A DNA stretch of 44,278 bases, taken from positions 1 to 44,278 of the forward strand of contig ML002309.1 in NCBI GenBank assembly GCA_003614675.1. Reading direction: 5' to 3'. The DNA comes from Dimargaris cristalligena (taxonomy: Eukaryota). Positions 22,398 to 34,923 of this stretch are shown here, one piece after another. Position 1 is the first letter of the stretch; each line of letters starts with the position of its first letter. The notes under the pieces were generated by a model. The model was not told the origin of the DNA, ran no database searches, and saw only the letters and a list, made by a program, of their open reading frames with translations. The translations under genes and the position numbers were made by a program.

Positions 22398-23284
22398 ATG
22401 GCACGGGCAGTTCCCTAAGTGGGATATCCCCGGTTCTTCCGGTAGCCATTCTGGGCTTATATTGGCTTCATTTTTCCACTCATTGGTATATCCTCGTAAA
22501 CGTGAATCCTATCCATTCTTTACTAGCGGGCATACCTATTTTCATCCAGTTTTGTTTTTCTAGCATTGCGTACATGCTACCATTGGTTTTGGCCATTACC
22601 ACGCCTTCACGAATACCCTATCCTCAGTGGGGTTCTTGGCCATCCGGAAGACCGGTGGATCGTGTCGCTTAGATGTCACTCCCTCCCCCATAGTCCATAC
22701 CACCAACTGCCCTAACCGGAATAATTCTCCGCGACTTGACCAGTAGTGTACTTTGTTTCCATAGCAAATGCAAGTTGAAGGTGGGCTTGTCCCATCGGAT
22801 CACATCCCATTTCAATTACTGGGTTCATGGACGGTGCCCTAATTTATCAAGTTTATTAGATGTTAGATGCTCGTAAATATTTACCGAGTGCACTTGATTA
22901 GAGTTAGCTTGTGTTACTAAGCTATTTTAGCCACGCCAAATGGAGTGTATGGAGGCGCCTATTCGCGACTAAAGAGAACGCATCTAGCCTTAGCATTTCT
23001 CAATATATTATGTAGTGACTTTATATAGTGAAATGTTATAAGTAAAGGACATATTCCATGTTTGGACTGTTGGTAAAGTAGGAAAGGCAGGACAGGATAA
23101 TATGTGTAGGTGAAATTGATTGTAAACTGATTCCTAGCCAATCGGACTGCTTCTCCAGTCTCCGCAAACGAATCTATGGTAAAACAGTCTGATTGGGCCG
23201 TTCTCCTACGTGTAACCGATAAAGTTAATTGACGTAGTATATGCCTCTCTCTATGTATGCGGAGGGGCGCATATACACATATAT

Positions 23285-23848
23285 TCACCAATAATGGTGG
23301 GAGCTGCTGCTCCCCTTCTCTTCCTCTTCTTCCTCTTCTTCTTCTCCCTCTTCGTCTTCGCCTGCGCTGATTCCTAAAGCCGTTTGCCCCGCGTCCTCGT
23401 CTTCCGAAGGCGGGTCCAAAAGCCCTTCTAAATTGGCAAACGTGCATATTCCATCATACTCGCTAAACTCGCTGCCTATATCCTCCGCCAGTTCCTTCAA
23501 CGAGTCGGGCTCGAATTTCTCCACCAGTCGGTTGATACCCGCTTCGTCGTCACACACGAACACCGCGATGCCCGAAACGTCCTTGCCCAAGTCCCGGATC
23601 TTGCTCATGGCTATGGGAATGGTCGTTTGGGCGCCCTCTTTGATGGTCTCCAGGTGCGCCTCGGCCGGGTCGCCTTGGAACTGGTAGAGGCACACGGCCA
23701 TGTTGGATTTGGTGAACCGGATATTGTGATGGTCGTCGTTGTGGTAGACGGTGATGGTGTCCAGGTCGTACCCCACGTGGGCACGGAGGGTGAAGGCCAT
23801 GGCCTCAATGATGGCGTTTGCCTTGGCTGGTTTCTTACCCTTGTACAT
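23285..23848 (-). CDS. Hypothetical 187-aa protein with an alpha/beta core and a poly-Glu acidic tail
   Basis: Strong GC3 coding bias begins near the ATG at 23848 (MYKGKKP). The upstream part of the ORF-track entry is low-complexity leader. TATA-like TTTTATAAAA at about 24310. Confidence 0.75.
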   Translation of the reverse strand: MYKGKKPAKANAIIEAMAFTLRAHVGYDLDTITVYHNDDHHNIRFTKSNMAVCLYQFQGDPAEAHLETIKEGAQTTIPIAMSKIRDLGKDVSGIAVFVCDDEAGINRLVEKFEPDSLKELAEDIGSEFSEYDGICTFANLEGLLDPPSEDEDAGQTALGISAGEDEEGEEEEEEEEEKGSSSSHHYW

Positions 23849-26623
23849 TGGGCTTAATTGATCTCCGTTGGGATATCTTGCTTGCAGCGTGGGACGGGGT
23901 GGGAAGGGATGGGTAAAAATGATACCAATATAGCGGGCGGGATGGATGCTGGTCAGAAAGACTAGGGGTAAGTGGTAGAGAGGGTGATGGGGGGTAGTCG
24001 GGGAGGGGGGGGGCTGTGCGCTGAGGAATAGCACGAATTGGGAGGTAGGTAAGTGCTTGGGTATGGAGGTGGGATTTACGATGATATAGGAGCAATTGAA
24101 GGGTACTAGCAATGGGGTTTAGATAAGATTATGGCTATGGAATCGGGTATATTTGGCTGGTTTAGAATAAGAAGGTAGGTAGATGAAGCGGGTTGGAATA
24201 TAATGAGATCACCGGAAAGTTAAAGTGGAATATCAACTGGGAAGCGAGTTACATATAAACAATTGGAAGGTAAACTGTGATTCTAAGAAGAGGCGGGGAC
24301 CTACCCGGTTTTTATAAAAATCCGTGCGGGTGGGCTATTTTTGCCTGGGTGTAGTTCGGTGTACATGTCGTGATTTCCACGGGACTATAGGAATATTAGC
24401 GGTTATAAAGAAGCCAGGCCGGAAGTGTGGATAAACCTATTGAATCGATAAACAGCGTGACACCATGGCCAGGGGGAATGTAAAGGAAAAAACAACGAGG
24501 TTTAGAAAGAGGAGCCAAGTACAAAAGAAGAATATTTCTCATCCACATTCTCCCACCCATTCACGGTACCTCGGTCTAGAGTCCGAGTTAGGAAACCTAA
24601 CCAAGCTAGTGGACCTAGTATTGCCTAAATTAAGAACCCGGGCGAATGAACGCGGCGGCCGTACCCTACAACCTTAAGCCTAAGAATCTCCCTCGTCCTG
24701 TATCACACAACCTCCTTCCATTCCCTGAATGTGTCCAATTTCCCGCCCATTCATTCCCCCCTTTGGGTCTCAGGCGAGACCGTCATAATGGGGCTGGGCA
24801 AACTATACCCCAAGGTACGATGATACTACTACTACTACTACTAATGTATCCATCTATTTATCTAAGGATACCCATGATGTGGTCAATGGAGGGATAAGGA
24901 GCCGCTCTCGGGTTCATTAAGATGGTCAACTAGGTAGGTAGGTAGGCCGTTCCAGATCAAGTCACTTGAAACGGGAACAAACAATGTGGGTCATTCTGCA
25001 GACCTCCTCGGCTAAAACCCTTTCCCTTTATTTTTTTATCCCCCACAACAACACGCGCACAGCCCATTGGTTTCATTATTAATGGCCGGAATTATTGCCG
25101 TACGAGGGTCAGCAGCCAAGTTTAATTTTTTTTAAGGCGGGAGTGGTTGGATTATAATGGATAATCACGCTTCCTCAACCCAACGCTGCCTGAATTATAA
25201 AAATTATAGGCAGAGGCCCCAGAGGCTTGTACTCCCCATGAGAGTAGACAATGGTCGCGGCAACAAGCTGACAAGCACTGCGTCCCAATCGGGCCAACGG
25301 GGGACGTTACCTTAAGGGTGGTAGGACAAGTGTGAATTTAGGGGGGTATGGCGAGGGTAGGTAATGTAATGTATGGACATCGTCAGTCCGATGCATAAGA
25401 ATATAATTATTATGCACACATAATACATGGTGTCATTAACTTATTCCTCCTTTTTTTTATTTTTACGTTCGGTATTTGGCCACAGGTCATCCAGGAATGG
25501 AGCATTGCTAACCGGGACCTGTAGCCATGCCAGCAGTGGATAACCTATTCAAGAGGAAAGAGGGGGGTAGGCCAGTATACTACAGGGAGCGGATCAGCCA
25601 GTTGTGGGTGCAATTCTGCTGCCTCTCACCCCCATATCCCTTGGAATGGCTGGGGTAGTTTAACATTGGGCATTAAATCTTGCGAATTATTAAGGAATCA
25701 TCCCGATGTAGTGTGTAGTAGCCCTTGTATTACTGTGATTATTACTTTTTTATTTTCTATTGGCCCGTCTTGCCAATACCCGAATTGGGGCATTTTAAAT
25801 TAGGATATATTTGCCCATCTGAAACACCGGGGATGGAATGGAGGAGGTAGTTTAGGTCAGTTACTCACCCTGAAAGGTTTTCCGGGGGTACTTTGGGGTT
25901 GATCAGCCCGCTGAATGGAGCATAGTGATCCCCCCCCGCTTGTTAGGGATAGCAATTACCAAAATGATTATATTGCATTCCGCCCGGTTTTTACCAACGG
26001 AGCTTCCTGGAACTTAGCAAGTGGTTCCTGCTGAAAGACCACAATCTCCTTTACGCACTTTTCCGACCAGCCCCTTTGATACAATGGCTTTATACAAGCA
26101 TGCCAAAGTCCTCCTGATTACCCTAAAGGTCTCCATTAAACTATCTGATAATTTATATATATAAAATAGGAATCCCGGAATGTAGCGGCATACGTATATA
26201 CATCTATGCAAAAATATGGAATAACAACGCACCACCCCATGGCTAGTTGATAAACAATATGTATAGGGGCCGGGATCTTACGGCTGATCCCTGTGGCGGG
26301 AAAAACGGATAATAAGGATAAAAGGGAGATAATAAACAAATGCGATTGTAATTGGATACTCGGGTGGTGTGGGTGGGAGAATAGTAAAGGGGCCCTCATT
26401 AACAACTAGTAATTAGTTGTTATACAGTTGGGTGTGAATAGTAGAGGTGGAAGTGGTTTAGTCGATATTCTTACCCCAGTATATTTTGGGAAAAGACTAC
26501 TGATAGGCCCCCGTGACATCATCACCAGTCCAACAAGAAAGGCCCAGGGGCAAGGTGAAGTGAACATTAAAAAAGGGTACGTCTTGCTAACCAATTGCAG
26601 AATGGCTAAGTACATCCGAGTAG

Positions 26624-27910
26624 TTAGGTGCGCCGTATCCGATACTGGTAGCGGCGGAATTGGTGGAGTAGGAACGTATTGATGGTCTTGGATAGTTTAA
26701 AAATGGGTAGGCGGTCGGGTAAGAACCGCACCTGGATCGTTGGATCCGACCGGCGGGGCAGCGGTCGGGCGATGTTGGCCATAATAATGTACATTGGAAA
26801 TAAAAAGGCAAACACCCCGGCACTCACGAACTGGGTGGAAAAAAACGTACACAATGTACATGGTAGTCCGAATCCCAGGAAGTAGGCCCAATGGCCCTCC
26901 AAATAATCCAACCGTTTCTCGAACGACCAATTCTTGTTGATCCACTGGTATTCGAAACAGTAAAAGGCGTATATCCAGCAGAAGTAGATAAACGAGGCCA
27001 CGGGGCCCACCCAGGGGATGAGATAAATGAGGCTGGCCCACACCACATAAGTAAAGAAGAGTAGGATGCGGTAGATTTCGCTGGCGATGCTTTGGAGAAG
27101 CCCGGAGTAGGTAATGGGTTGGTGGGTGGGCTCGCCGCCGCGCATACTGTACACACGGTCGGCAATTTCCTGGTACCAAATGGCATTGAGCAGAAAACTA
27201 AGGCAGTATACGGGGTACAGCCAAAAAGCATTATAGGCAAACGCAATGGTATAGGCCAAAATCTCCAGGGCCCAGCGGTGGGAAGGTAGCGACGTGGGGG
27301 ATGTTGCCGCATTACCCGATGCTAATAACGGGGAGGACGACCAAGGGGTGGTGGTGGTCACCAAGGTGGATTCCATCGAGCCAGGGGAGACTAAATTAGC
27401 CACGTATTCCGCGACATGCAGCAGATACCAGTTGAGCCTTAGCAGTACCACTTGGTAGAATAGGATACTTCCGAGGAAGAGAATCCCGTTTAAAAACACG
27501 CATTTAAGCACCCGCTGCTGGATCGTTTTGGACCCGTACACCACAATAAGACTGGTCGGCCAGGCCGAGGCATCCTTGACGCCGGCCCACACGAACCAGA
27601 GCTGCTGGCGTATATAGTCCGCCAGGGACCGGGCGTAGGACTGCGGTGGTGATGTAGAGGACGCCGGGTGGGATTTAGCCTTGTTGGCGTGGGTCTTCTC
27701 GTGGGGGAAGGACGACGGTCGCCGAGGGGGTTTAGCATGGGCTATGGAGTCGAAGTCGGAGGAGCTGATGGAGCCGGGGCCAGCGCACCGGGGCGGTTGG
27801 TAGGGAAGGGGCTGGGAGCGGGGCCCGCCGTCAGGGTCACCACTACCACCGCTACTGCTGCTGCTGTTGTCGTTACCGCGACCCTGGGGATGGGCTGGGG
27901 ACCGGTGCAT
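26624..27910 (-). CDS. EI24: EI24 (etoposide-induced 2.4) family ER membrane autophagy protein, 428 aa
   Basis: KCVFLNGILFLGSI, FWLYPVYCLSFLLNAIWYQEIAD, YAFYCFEYQW, RLDYLEGHWAYFLGFGLP and FAFLFPMYIIMA are EI24 motifs. The ATG at 27910 lies downstream of the microsatellite. Confidence 0.93.
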   Translation of the reverse strand: MHRSPAHPQGRGNDNSSSSSGGSGDPDGGPRSQPLPYQPPRCAGPGSISSSDFDSIAHAKPPRRPSSFPHEKTHANKAKSHPASSTSPPQSYARSLADYIRQQLWFVWAGVKDASAWPTSLIVVYGSKTIQQRVLKCVFLNGILFLGSILFYQVVLLRLNWYLLHVAEYVANLVSPGSMESTLVTTTTPWSSSPLLASGNAATSPTSLPSHRWALEILAYTIAFAYNAFWLYPVYCLSFLLNAIWYQEIADRVYSMRGGEPTHQPITYSGLLQSIASEIYRILLFFTYVVWASLIYLIPWVGPVASFIYFCWIYAFYCFEYQWINKNWSFEKRLDYLEGHWAYFLGFGLPCTLCTFFSTQFVSAGVFAFLFPMYIIMANIARPLPRRSDPTIQVRFLPDRLPIFKLSKTINTFLLHQFRRYQYRIRRT

Positions 27911-27941
27911 TGGGTCTGCTTTGCTTTGAGGAGAGTCCAAT

Positions 27942-27943
<2 letters not shown>

Positions 27944-28000
<57 letters not shown>

Positions 28001-28017
28001 TGTGTGTGTGTGTGTGT
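27944..28017. repeat. Long compound (GA)n(GT)n microsatellite just upstream of the EI24 start
   Basis: Read directly from the sequence. Confidence 0.97.
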
Positions 28018-29258
28018 TGCCAATGGGAGCAAGGAATGGGCCGACCAGGGCCACAACGCGGTTGATAAACAGTGCGATACTGCGGAACTGGAGAGGGACT
28101 GGACTTTCTCTAGCCAAGGTAACACAGGGCGATTTTGGAAGCGCGGGTCGTGGAATGGGCGAGTCAATGGGACCTTGGATGCGTAAGGGATGAAAAGAGG
28201 GGAGTCGCTTTGTCTTTAGGAATGCACTGGGCGCCGCCGTGTCGGTTCCTTCTACTGGCTATGGGAGAGGTGTTGTGTCAGGTGTATACAGGTGCGGGCT
28301 TAGAGGCTCCCGGGGATCGAGTGACGAGCGTGAATGTACAAAATAAACGGGTTCAAGTGAATGAGACGGTGGTGAAAAGAGAAGAGACCACTTGGTAGCC
28401 AGGCAATAGCAGTAGTGTTAATATCGGCAGTATCGTTCTCTCGGCGATACTAAACAGTCGACAGTCCAAGTGGTTCGTATTATTCCAATTAAACGTGGCC
28501 CACCCAATGTTAGATATAATTGATTAGAAATGTAAAATAATGGCAGCAGCAACAAACGAAGGCATTGGTGAGTTTGAGGAGAGGGAGGATGCTTTAATAG
28601 TGGGTGGTGTTAATAATAAAGAATGGTATTGGCAACTCATATATACACACATTCTCTCTCATAAAGAACAGGCTGCTTATATTTGGCTGCTTACTCAAAC
28701 ACGGAGGGATTCTTTCCGCTAGGGCCATCGCTGGTGATGATGGTGCATGTTAGTGCCGTGCGGGTCGTCAGCCTCCCCATCAGCTGATTGCCGCAATGTT
28801 GTTTGAAAAGTATCAAGGGATGTGCACTCAAAGGGACATCTTTACGCAATCTTGGCTGGTGCTTGCCCACCCGGCGCAGGGTGGTAAGCAGTAGTTATTA
28901 TCGCTTGTTGGCAGGCTCCGTATCGAGGAGACTGAGTTATCCCTTTGGACTATAGATCCACGGGTCTCTTGGTTAATAGGGCCAATACGAAGTAAAAACA
29001 TTAGAAATTGCTTAGATTGATTTATCCATGTATATTCCGTAGCACATTAATAGCGGTGGCACCAGTGTGTTATCGTTAACTACCTTTTTCTTTGCCGCAG
29101 GAGAAAGATGCACCCTATTTTCTATCCAATACTTCACCCACCTAGCTAATGGGCTCAACCCATGGCTTACTATTCCCGTTTCGAAGGGCCTCATTCCCTT
29201 TCCGTATTACCCTCTTTACCATCAAACGGCTACTAAAAATAGTATTCCCTCAATGTAA

Positions 29259-31453
29259 ATGGAAGTGCTTTCGTCCCCCGCCACTCCTACCGAAGCCGAG
29301 TCCCCCGATTCCGACCAGTCGGGCCCCGCCGACTTCGTTATTTTGACTTCGTCGCCGCCAACCTCGCCCGAACTTCCCCATTGGACTTCAGTATCACCAC
29401 CAGCCACCCCTGCGCTTAATTCTGCTAGCACCCCTCGGCTGATCCGGACAACGACGACCAATAGTGCGGCCACCCCCACAATTACCTCTACACGCCGGCT
29501 TTTGCATTCTCCCAGCGGCTCTCTTCTACTCCGCTCACCCTCTGCCCCGGCGACTACCAATAGACCCCGCCCTGCGCCGGGCAATGGTGCCTTATTTCCC
29601 TTTGCCCAGCCAGACCCTAGCCCTCGCGATACCGCCATCGATGAAAACAGCGGTGGCCCCTCCGTGCCTATCGTAAGCGATTACTTCCGGTCATCGGCCG
29701 CCCTTGGCGTTGCCCCGCCCTCTCCCCGCCAACAATCCCAGGATGACGACTTCCAAATCATCATTAAACGCCCCCGGTTACTTCCTCCGGCCCATCCCAC
29801 TTCGGATGGCCAAGGGTCGTCGTCGACCGATTCAGCAGGTCCCTCCACCTCGCTAGGTGATAATGGGGGCCGGTCCGAAGCCGACGCCGACGACGATTTA
29901 ACGGCCACTCCCTGCATCATTTGCTTCGATCCCATGACCACCGCCGGCCGCCACCGTATCGTTTCTCTCCGTTGTGGACATCTCTTCGGACGGGGCTGTA
30001 TTTTACAATGGCTTAATCCGCGTATACGACCGAAATGCCCCGGTACCCAACAGCGGAGCTGTCCGCAATGCAAGCAGCCCGCCAATGCCAAGCATATTCA
30101 CCCCATTTTTGCCAAACGGGTCGTCCCCGCTGATACTAGCGAGTTGGAGGCGATGCAGGCCAAAATCCACGAGGCCAATCAGCGGTGTATCCGGGCGGAA
30201 AGTGAGCTGGAGCAGGTGCAGCTGGCCCGGGATTTCCAAAAGAGTCAGGTCAGTGACCTGATGGTGCGACTCGAGTTTCTGCAGAGGCAAAACAATATTT
30301 TAAAGTCGGCTTTGGCTAGCCGGCCTAGCCTAGGACCTGGTCCAAGTATCACTCCCGGGGAGCGGCTGGGCCAATCCCCAACAAACGGGGAAATCCTGGA
30401 TCTAACCGGGGCGGTGTTGGACTTTGTGGGTTCCCCAGTTATTTCCCCGTCGTTAAAGGCCTCCTTAACCGAAACCATCATGATTTCCCGCCAAAAAAAC
30501 GCCTGCCGGATCATCGCTTACAACTCCTTTGATCAAAGCTTGCTAATTAGTACCCAGGCCCAGCAATTAGCACTGACCTCCATAAGTTCCACCACGTCCA
30601 CCGTGCCTACCCGTATTCCCTCCACGGGGTCCTCCCTGCCTTTCGGCGTTGTCCGGATATCCCTTCGCAATACCTCCCACCATGAATATTTAGGCATTCA
30701 TCATAAAGCGATCCGTGACATTGCCGTCTGCCCCTACGACGGCCAGCGGATTTTGACCACGGGTCTAGACCGGACCGCCGTAGTCTATTCCCTCGCCACA
30801 CGGACAGTCGTCCAGAGCTACCCCCTCGAAGCCCCCGGTTGGTCGTGTATGTGGCATCCGCGCTGCCCCCATTATTTCCTAGTGGGACTGGCCAATGGTT
30901 CAGTGGTACTCGTGGATATGCGCCGCACGACCCCGGCCGAGACTCAGGTCAGAATATTGGAACCCCCCGCCAGTCGCACCCCCATTCACTCGCTGACTAC
31001 CATCACCGGCACCTCCGATACCGCGGGCGATCCACCACTGCTGGTCGCGGGGGGCTCCGACTGGGTATTTCTAGTGCCCCTAACCACCGATAGTGACGGT
31101 AATCACAGCGGCGGGCCTCCGCCGAATAGTCCCGCTTTTCAACCGAACCTGATTCGCACACCAATGGGGTTTTCGGCTTACTGCGCCGTCTATGATCCTG
31201 AATCAGCCCGCCTTTTGATATCCTACCGCAATCCGCCCCGAAAACGCCTCGTTCACCACGTTTACCAGCCCTTGGCTAATCCGTCTCTCCCCGATTCGGA
31301 TCCCCCAACGGTCCTTCCGGAACACGATACTCCCGGTTGGAAATTATCTTTTGTTATCGAACTTTCCAGTGCCCAAATCGCCTTGGCTCGTACTACCCTG
31401 TTTACATATCCCCTTGCATCACCATTAGCGCCTTTACCAGTCCCGCCATTACT

Positions 31454-31484
<31 letters not shown>

Positions 31485-31820
31485 ACATCATCAACACCAC
31501 CGTCACCATCATCACCATCTCAACCTCCGGCACCTTGTTCACCCCCATCACCCTCGGCTTCAACCCCTGACAGGCTGGCGTTTCTAGCTTTAGGTGATTC
31601 TGCCACAGCCTCACTGGCCCTCTGGGAACTGGCCAACTCAAGAGAGAATTCCACGGACTCAGCGGGCCCTTGCCAACTGGATATAGAGCCCAATATAGCA
31701 TTAAACGAAGCCCCGGATCATTATCTGGATGTTAAGTTTTGCTCTCACCCCAGTTTTGGGCATTTGCTGGTCGGTTTATCCGATACCCAAGTCTGCTTGT
31801 ATCGACTGGAGTATGGCTAG
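29259..31820 (+). CDS. RFWD3: RFWD3-like RING finger / coiled-coil / WD40 E3 ubiquitin ligase (853 aa)
   Basis: CIICFDPMTTAGRHRIVSLRCGHLFGRGCILQWL...CPQC matches the RFWD3-type RING. Followed by a coiled coil and WD40 region (HHKAIRDIA, ILTTGLDRT, WSCMW, GLANGSVVLVDMR). Confidence 0.92.
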
Positions 31821-32315
31821 GTATCCAGCCAACCCCAGACCTTGGCCATTTACACCCTCGCTTATTCATAATTTTGTAAAAATATATTATTTGGGGCCTA
31901 TGATGTGTAGTATCCCGTTTTGTGAATTAATTTATAAAGAATTACTATAAGTAAGAATGTGATGTATAGGGGAGGTAATCCAAAAAGGTGAAATTGATAA
32001 AATGGTCAACAGTTTATAGTGGTGTGGCGTAAATGAGTAAGGGTCGGTTCAATGATCGATTACATTCTACGTTTTTATGCTATCTTTACCTAAGCGCACT
32101 AGAAGACCCTGGTAAATTGCCTGAGGAGGACCCCTCTATTTAGGTGGCTGAGTTTTAAACAGCTGTTAAATAACTGGAAGGCATTGAAACCGATGCGATT
32201 GTTTCAGTCGACAGCCTTGATGGCTGGTTGGCTTGTTGCTATTGGCCGAGCTAGGAGAACCCAGAGAACTGGTATTGTGGACTTTACCCAGCCTAAGCCC
32301 CAGCTAAACTCTTTC

Positions 32316-32342
32316 TATCTCTCTCTCTCTCTCTCTCTCTCT
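32316..32342. repeat. (CT)n microsatellite upstream of the kinase gene
   Basis: Read directly; a (CA)n run follows at about 32434-32452. Confidence 0.9.
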
Positions 32343-32631
32343 AGTGTTGGCTTAGCCCTTTAAGTGTTTTTAGTTCAGATAAGCCGGTCACAAATAATAT
32401 TTCCGTTTCGCCTCTCCCAAACCCATTTGTTATACACACACACACACATACACATCCACTTTACATCAGCGGTATCTACGTCCTTGGAATTCCATGTCAC
32501 TTTCCCTGTTACCATGCCCAATGATTAACCGTTTCTTCCACAATTTTATTGTACAACACGTTTCAATTCCATTAACAACCCTACTCCATACGGTTTCTTA
32601 CTAACTTGACCCTGTCGCGACTCTACGCCCT

Positions 32632-34923
32632 ATGTCTCAACCCCAGGACGACCATGACCCCACCCACCACCCGTCGAGTTCACCTCCCATTAACGAGCAG
32701 CAGGTGGTGCGCTACTCGTCCAACTGGACGGTTATCCTGCACCGACCCAGCCAAAACCAGGTCGTTCTCTACCATCCGGAACACAATCAAGTCGTCGTTC
32801 GACCGGCATCCCAGTCTGTATTATGGTCCAACCACGGCGCGGATGAGCTTACTCTAACTTCACCACCCCCTCTGGCGTCACCCCGGGCGTGTTTCTATTG
32901 TCACCGACCTTTTGATAACACCACTACAACCACTACTGCGTCCACCACCACCGCTGCTGCTGCCTCCTCCACAAACCCTTCCAATTCTTCGGTGGATCGA
33001 TCAAACTACCGTCGCTCGGCGGCTGGTGGGAGCTATATACCCAATTCTAGGCGCCTGGGTTCCTACTCCGTCACAGCATTACCGCCGTCATCATCATCAT
33101 CGACTACTACTACTGCTGCCGCTGCTACGATGGGGTCCTCTCCAGCACCGTCCGTTACTTCGCCCATGCTACCCTACATGGACCGCAATTATTTCAGATT
33201 ACTAAGCGCCTTGCCCTACAGTCGACGACCCGCCATCCATTCCACCCAGGAGCGAACCGAACCCATTGGGCGCCGTGCCTCCACGCCCATTCTGACGGCG
33301 GCGACCGAAGGTCCCATCTCGGAAATCTTACCTCAGCCACCTGGTGAGCCTTCGCCTGAATTACGGCCCTCGCTAGGTTCCACCCCATGGCCCCGGTCCG
33401 GTTCCGATGGCCCTGCCTCTACTCCTGGCCCCACTCCTGCCGCTGCCCCGCCCGCCGCGACCCATTTGTCCCCCGGCATCTTTAACCAGGGCTACTACCG
33501 CAACTTTTTTGTGGAAGAAAAAAAGCTAGGGCGGGGACTACGGGGCTCAGTATTCCTTTGCCAACACGTACTTGATAAAATCCCCCTAGGTCTCTACGCG
33601 GTCAAGAAAGTCGCGGTCGGCGACAATAAAGTCTGGTTGGAACGAATGCTACGGGAAGTGAAATTGCTGGAAACCCTGCGCCATCCCAATATCATCGATT
33701 ATAAGCACTCCTGGATCGAACTCGAACAGCTGACCCGGTTCGGCCCTAAAGTGCCCTGTCTGTTTATTCTGATGGATTGCGCCAACGGGGGTAATCTTGA
33801 GGAGTACATCGAGGGTTCGGCTGAACCGAATGGCTCGGAATCCGCGGTCCGGGCTGATGCCCAAGGTCGCCGGTCCCGCCGGGATCCGCAACCCCGCAGT
33901 GGCCGATCTTTAACTGGGGGTAATACGCCCGGTGGTGGTATTGGTACGGGTGGCGGCGGCCCCCCGGGTGACCACCTCCGGTCTTCCGATAGCGACGAAA
34001 CCAGTGGAGATCACCGGCGGAAGAATAGCATCGAAATCCAGAAAAATAAAATCCGGGCGGCCCGACTACGGCGACAGCGCTCCAAACAACCGGAGGAGCC
34101 TAACCTACCCTCCACCCCGTCATCGTCGACCGCTTCGCCCTCCCAGTCACCCCACACGAATGCCCAGTTACCGCCCACCCCTACGACCCCCACCGATCCC
34201 CGTCGACGGGTTCGACACCTCTCCCTTTTACAAATTTACACCATGTTCCACGACATATGCCAGGGTCTCCTCCATCTACACACACTGGGTATTATCCACC
34301 GGGACATTAAACCTCAGAACCTACTCCTACACTATTCCGATCATCTCCACCACCACCAACACCAACACCACCGGCCCAGCGGCAAAGACCCGTCGGCGAT
34401 GCCCCGAGTCATCCTATCCGATTTCGGCGAATGCGAGGACATGTCCCATTTGGAACAGCGCGACCGAACGGGGGCTACCGGCACCCTGGAATACATGGCC
34501 CCGGAACTACTCCAGGTGGACCAGCGGGGCCGGTATTTGGATGCCTATTCCGTAAAGGCCGACGTCTGGTCGTTGGGTATGATCCTGTACTATCTGTGTT
34601 ACTCGAAACTGCCCTTCACCCAGATTGATAACGTCGATATTCTACGATCGGAAATTCTGGGGCTGCACGGCATCCAGATGCCCGCCGTGGAGAATCCGAA
34701 GGGAGGGCAGCCCGATGCTACTGCTACTGCTGCTGTCGTCGAGGAGGGACAGGTATCTATACCCCGGGTGGTTCATGAACTGATAACCACCATGTTAAAT
34801 CCTAACCCGGATAACCGGCCGAACGTCATTGATATTTTACAGTCCAGTCTTTGGCGAGATTTCTACCATCTCGTGGAGCCCGACTTTCTCGAATCCGCAC
34901 CCCATTCGCAGGTAAAGTGTTAA
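32632..34923 (+). CDS. IKS1: IKS1-family serine/threonine protein kinase (763 aa)
   Basis: FNQGYYRNFFVEEKKLGRG, LGLYAVKKVAVGD, HPNIIDYKHSWIE, FGPKVPCLFILM, HRDIKPQN, SDFGE, RTGATGTLEYMAPE. N-terminal VVLY and CxxCxRP motifs fit the IKS1 family. Confidence 0.9.
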   Translation: MSQPQDDHDPTHHPSSSPPINEQQVVRYSSNWTVILHRPSQNQVVLYHPEHNQVVVRPASQSVLWSNHGADELTLTSPPPLASPRACFYCHRPFDNTTTTTTASTTTAAAASSTNPSNSSVDRSNYRRSAAGGSYIPNSRRLGSYSVTALPPSSSSSTTTTAAAATMGSSPAPSVTSPMLPYMDRNYFRLLSALPYSRRPAIHSTQERTEPIGRRASTPILTAATEGPISEILPQPPGEPSPELRPSLGSTPWPRSGSDGPASTPGPTPAAAPPAATHLSPGIFNQGYYRNFFVEEKKLGRGLRGSVFLCQHVLDKIPLGLYAVKKVAVGDNKVWLERMLREVKLLETLRHPNIIDYKHSWIELEQLTRFGPKVPCLFILMDCANGGNLEEYIEGSAEPNGSESAVRADAQGRRSRRDPQPRSGRSLTGGNTPGGGIGTGGGGPPGDHLRSSDSDETSGDHRRKNSIEIQKNKIRAARLRRQRSKQPEEPNLPSTPSSSTASPSQSPHTNAQLPPTPTTPTDPRRRVRHLSLLQIYTMFHDICQGLLHLHTLGIIHRDIKPQNLLLHYSDHLHHHQHQHHRPSGKDPSAMPRVILSDFGECEDMSHLEQRDRTGATGTLEYMAPELLQVDQRGRYLDAYSVKADVWSLGMILYYLCYSKLPFTQIDNVDILRSEILGLHGIQMPAVENPKGGQPDATATAAVVEEGQVSIPRVVHELITTMLNPNPDNRPNVIDILQSSLWRDFYHLVEPDFLESAPHSQVKC

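Noticed and set aside
23849-24112. N-terminal extension of the acidic orphan protein
   Set aside because: Non-ATG start and pyrimidine-rich leader composition without coding bias.
27911-28117. N-terminal extension of EI24 in the ORF track
   Set aside because: It translates the microsatellite (THTH, SLSL); most likely untranslated leader.
8591-34628. Numerous antisense or alternative-frame ORFs overlapping the real genes
   Set aside because: Shadow ORFs expected in GC-rich coding DNA; no independent motifs.
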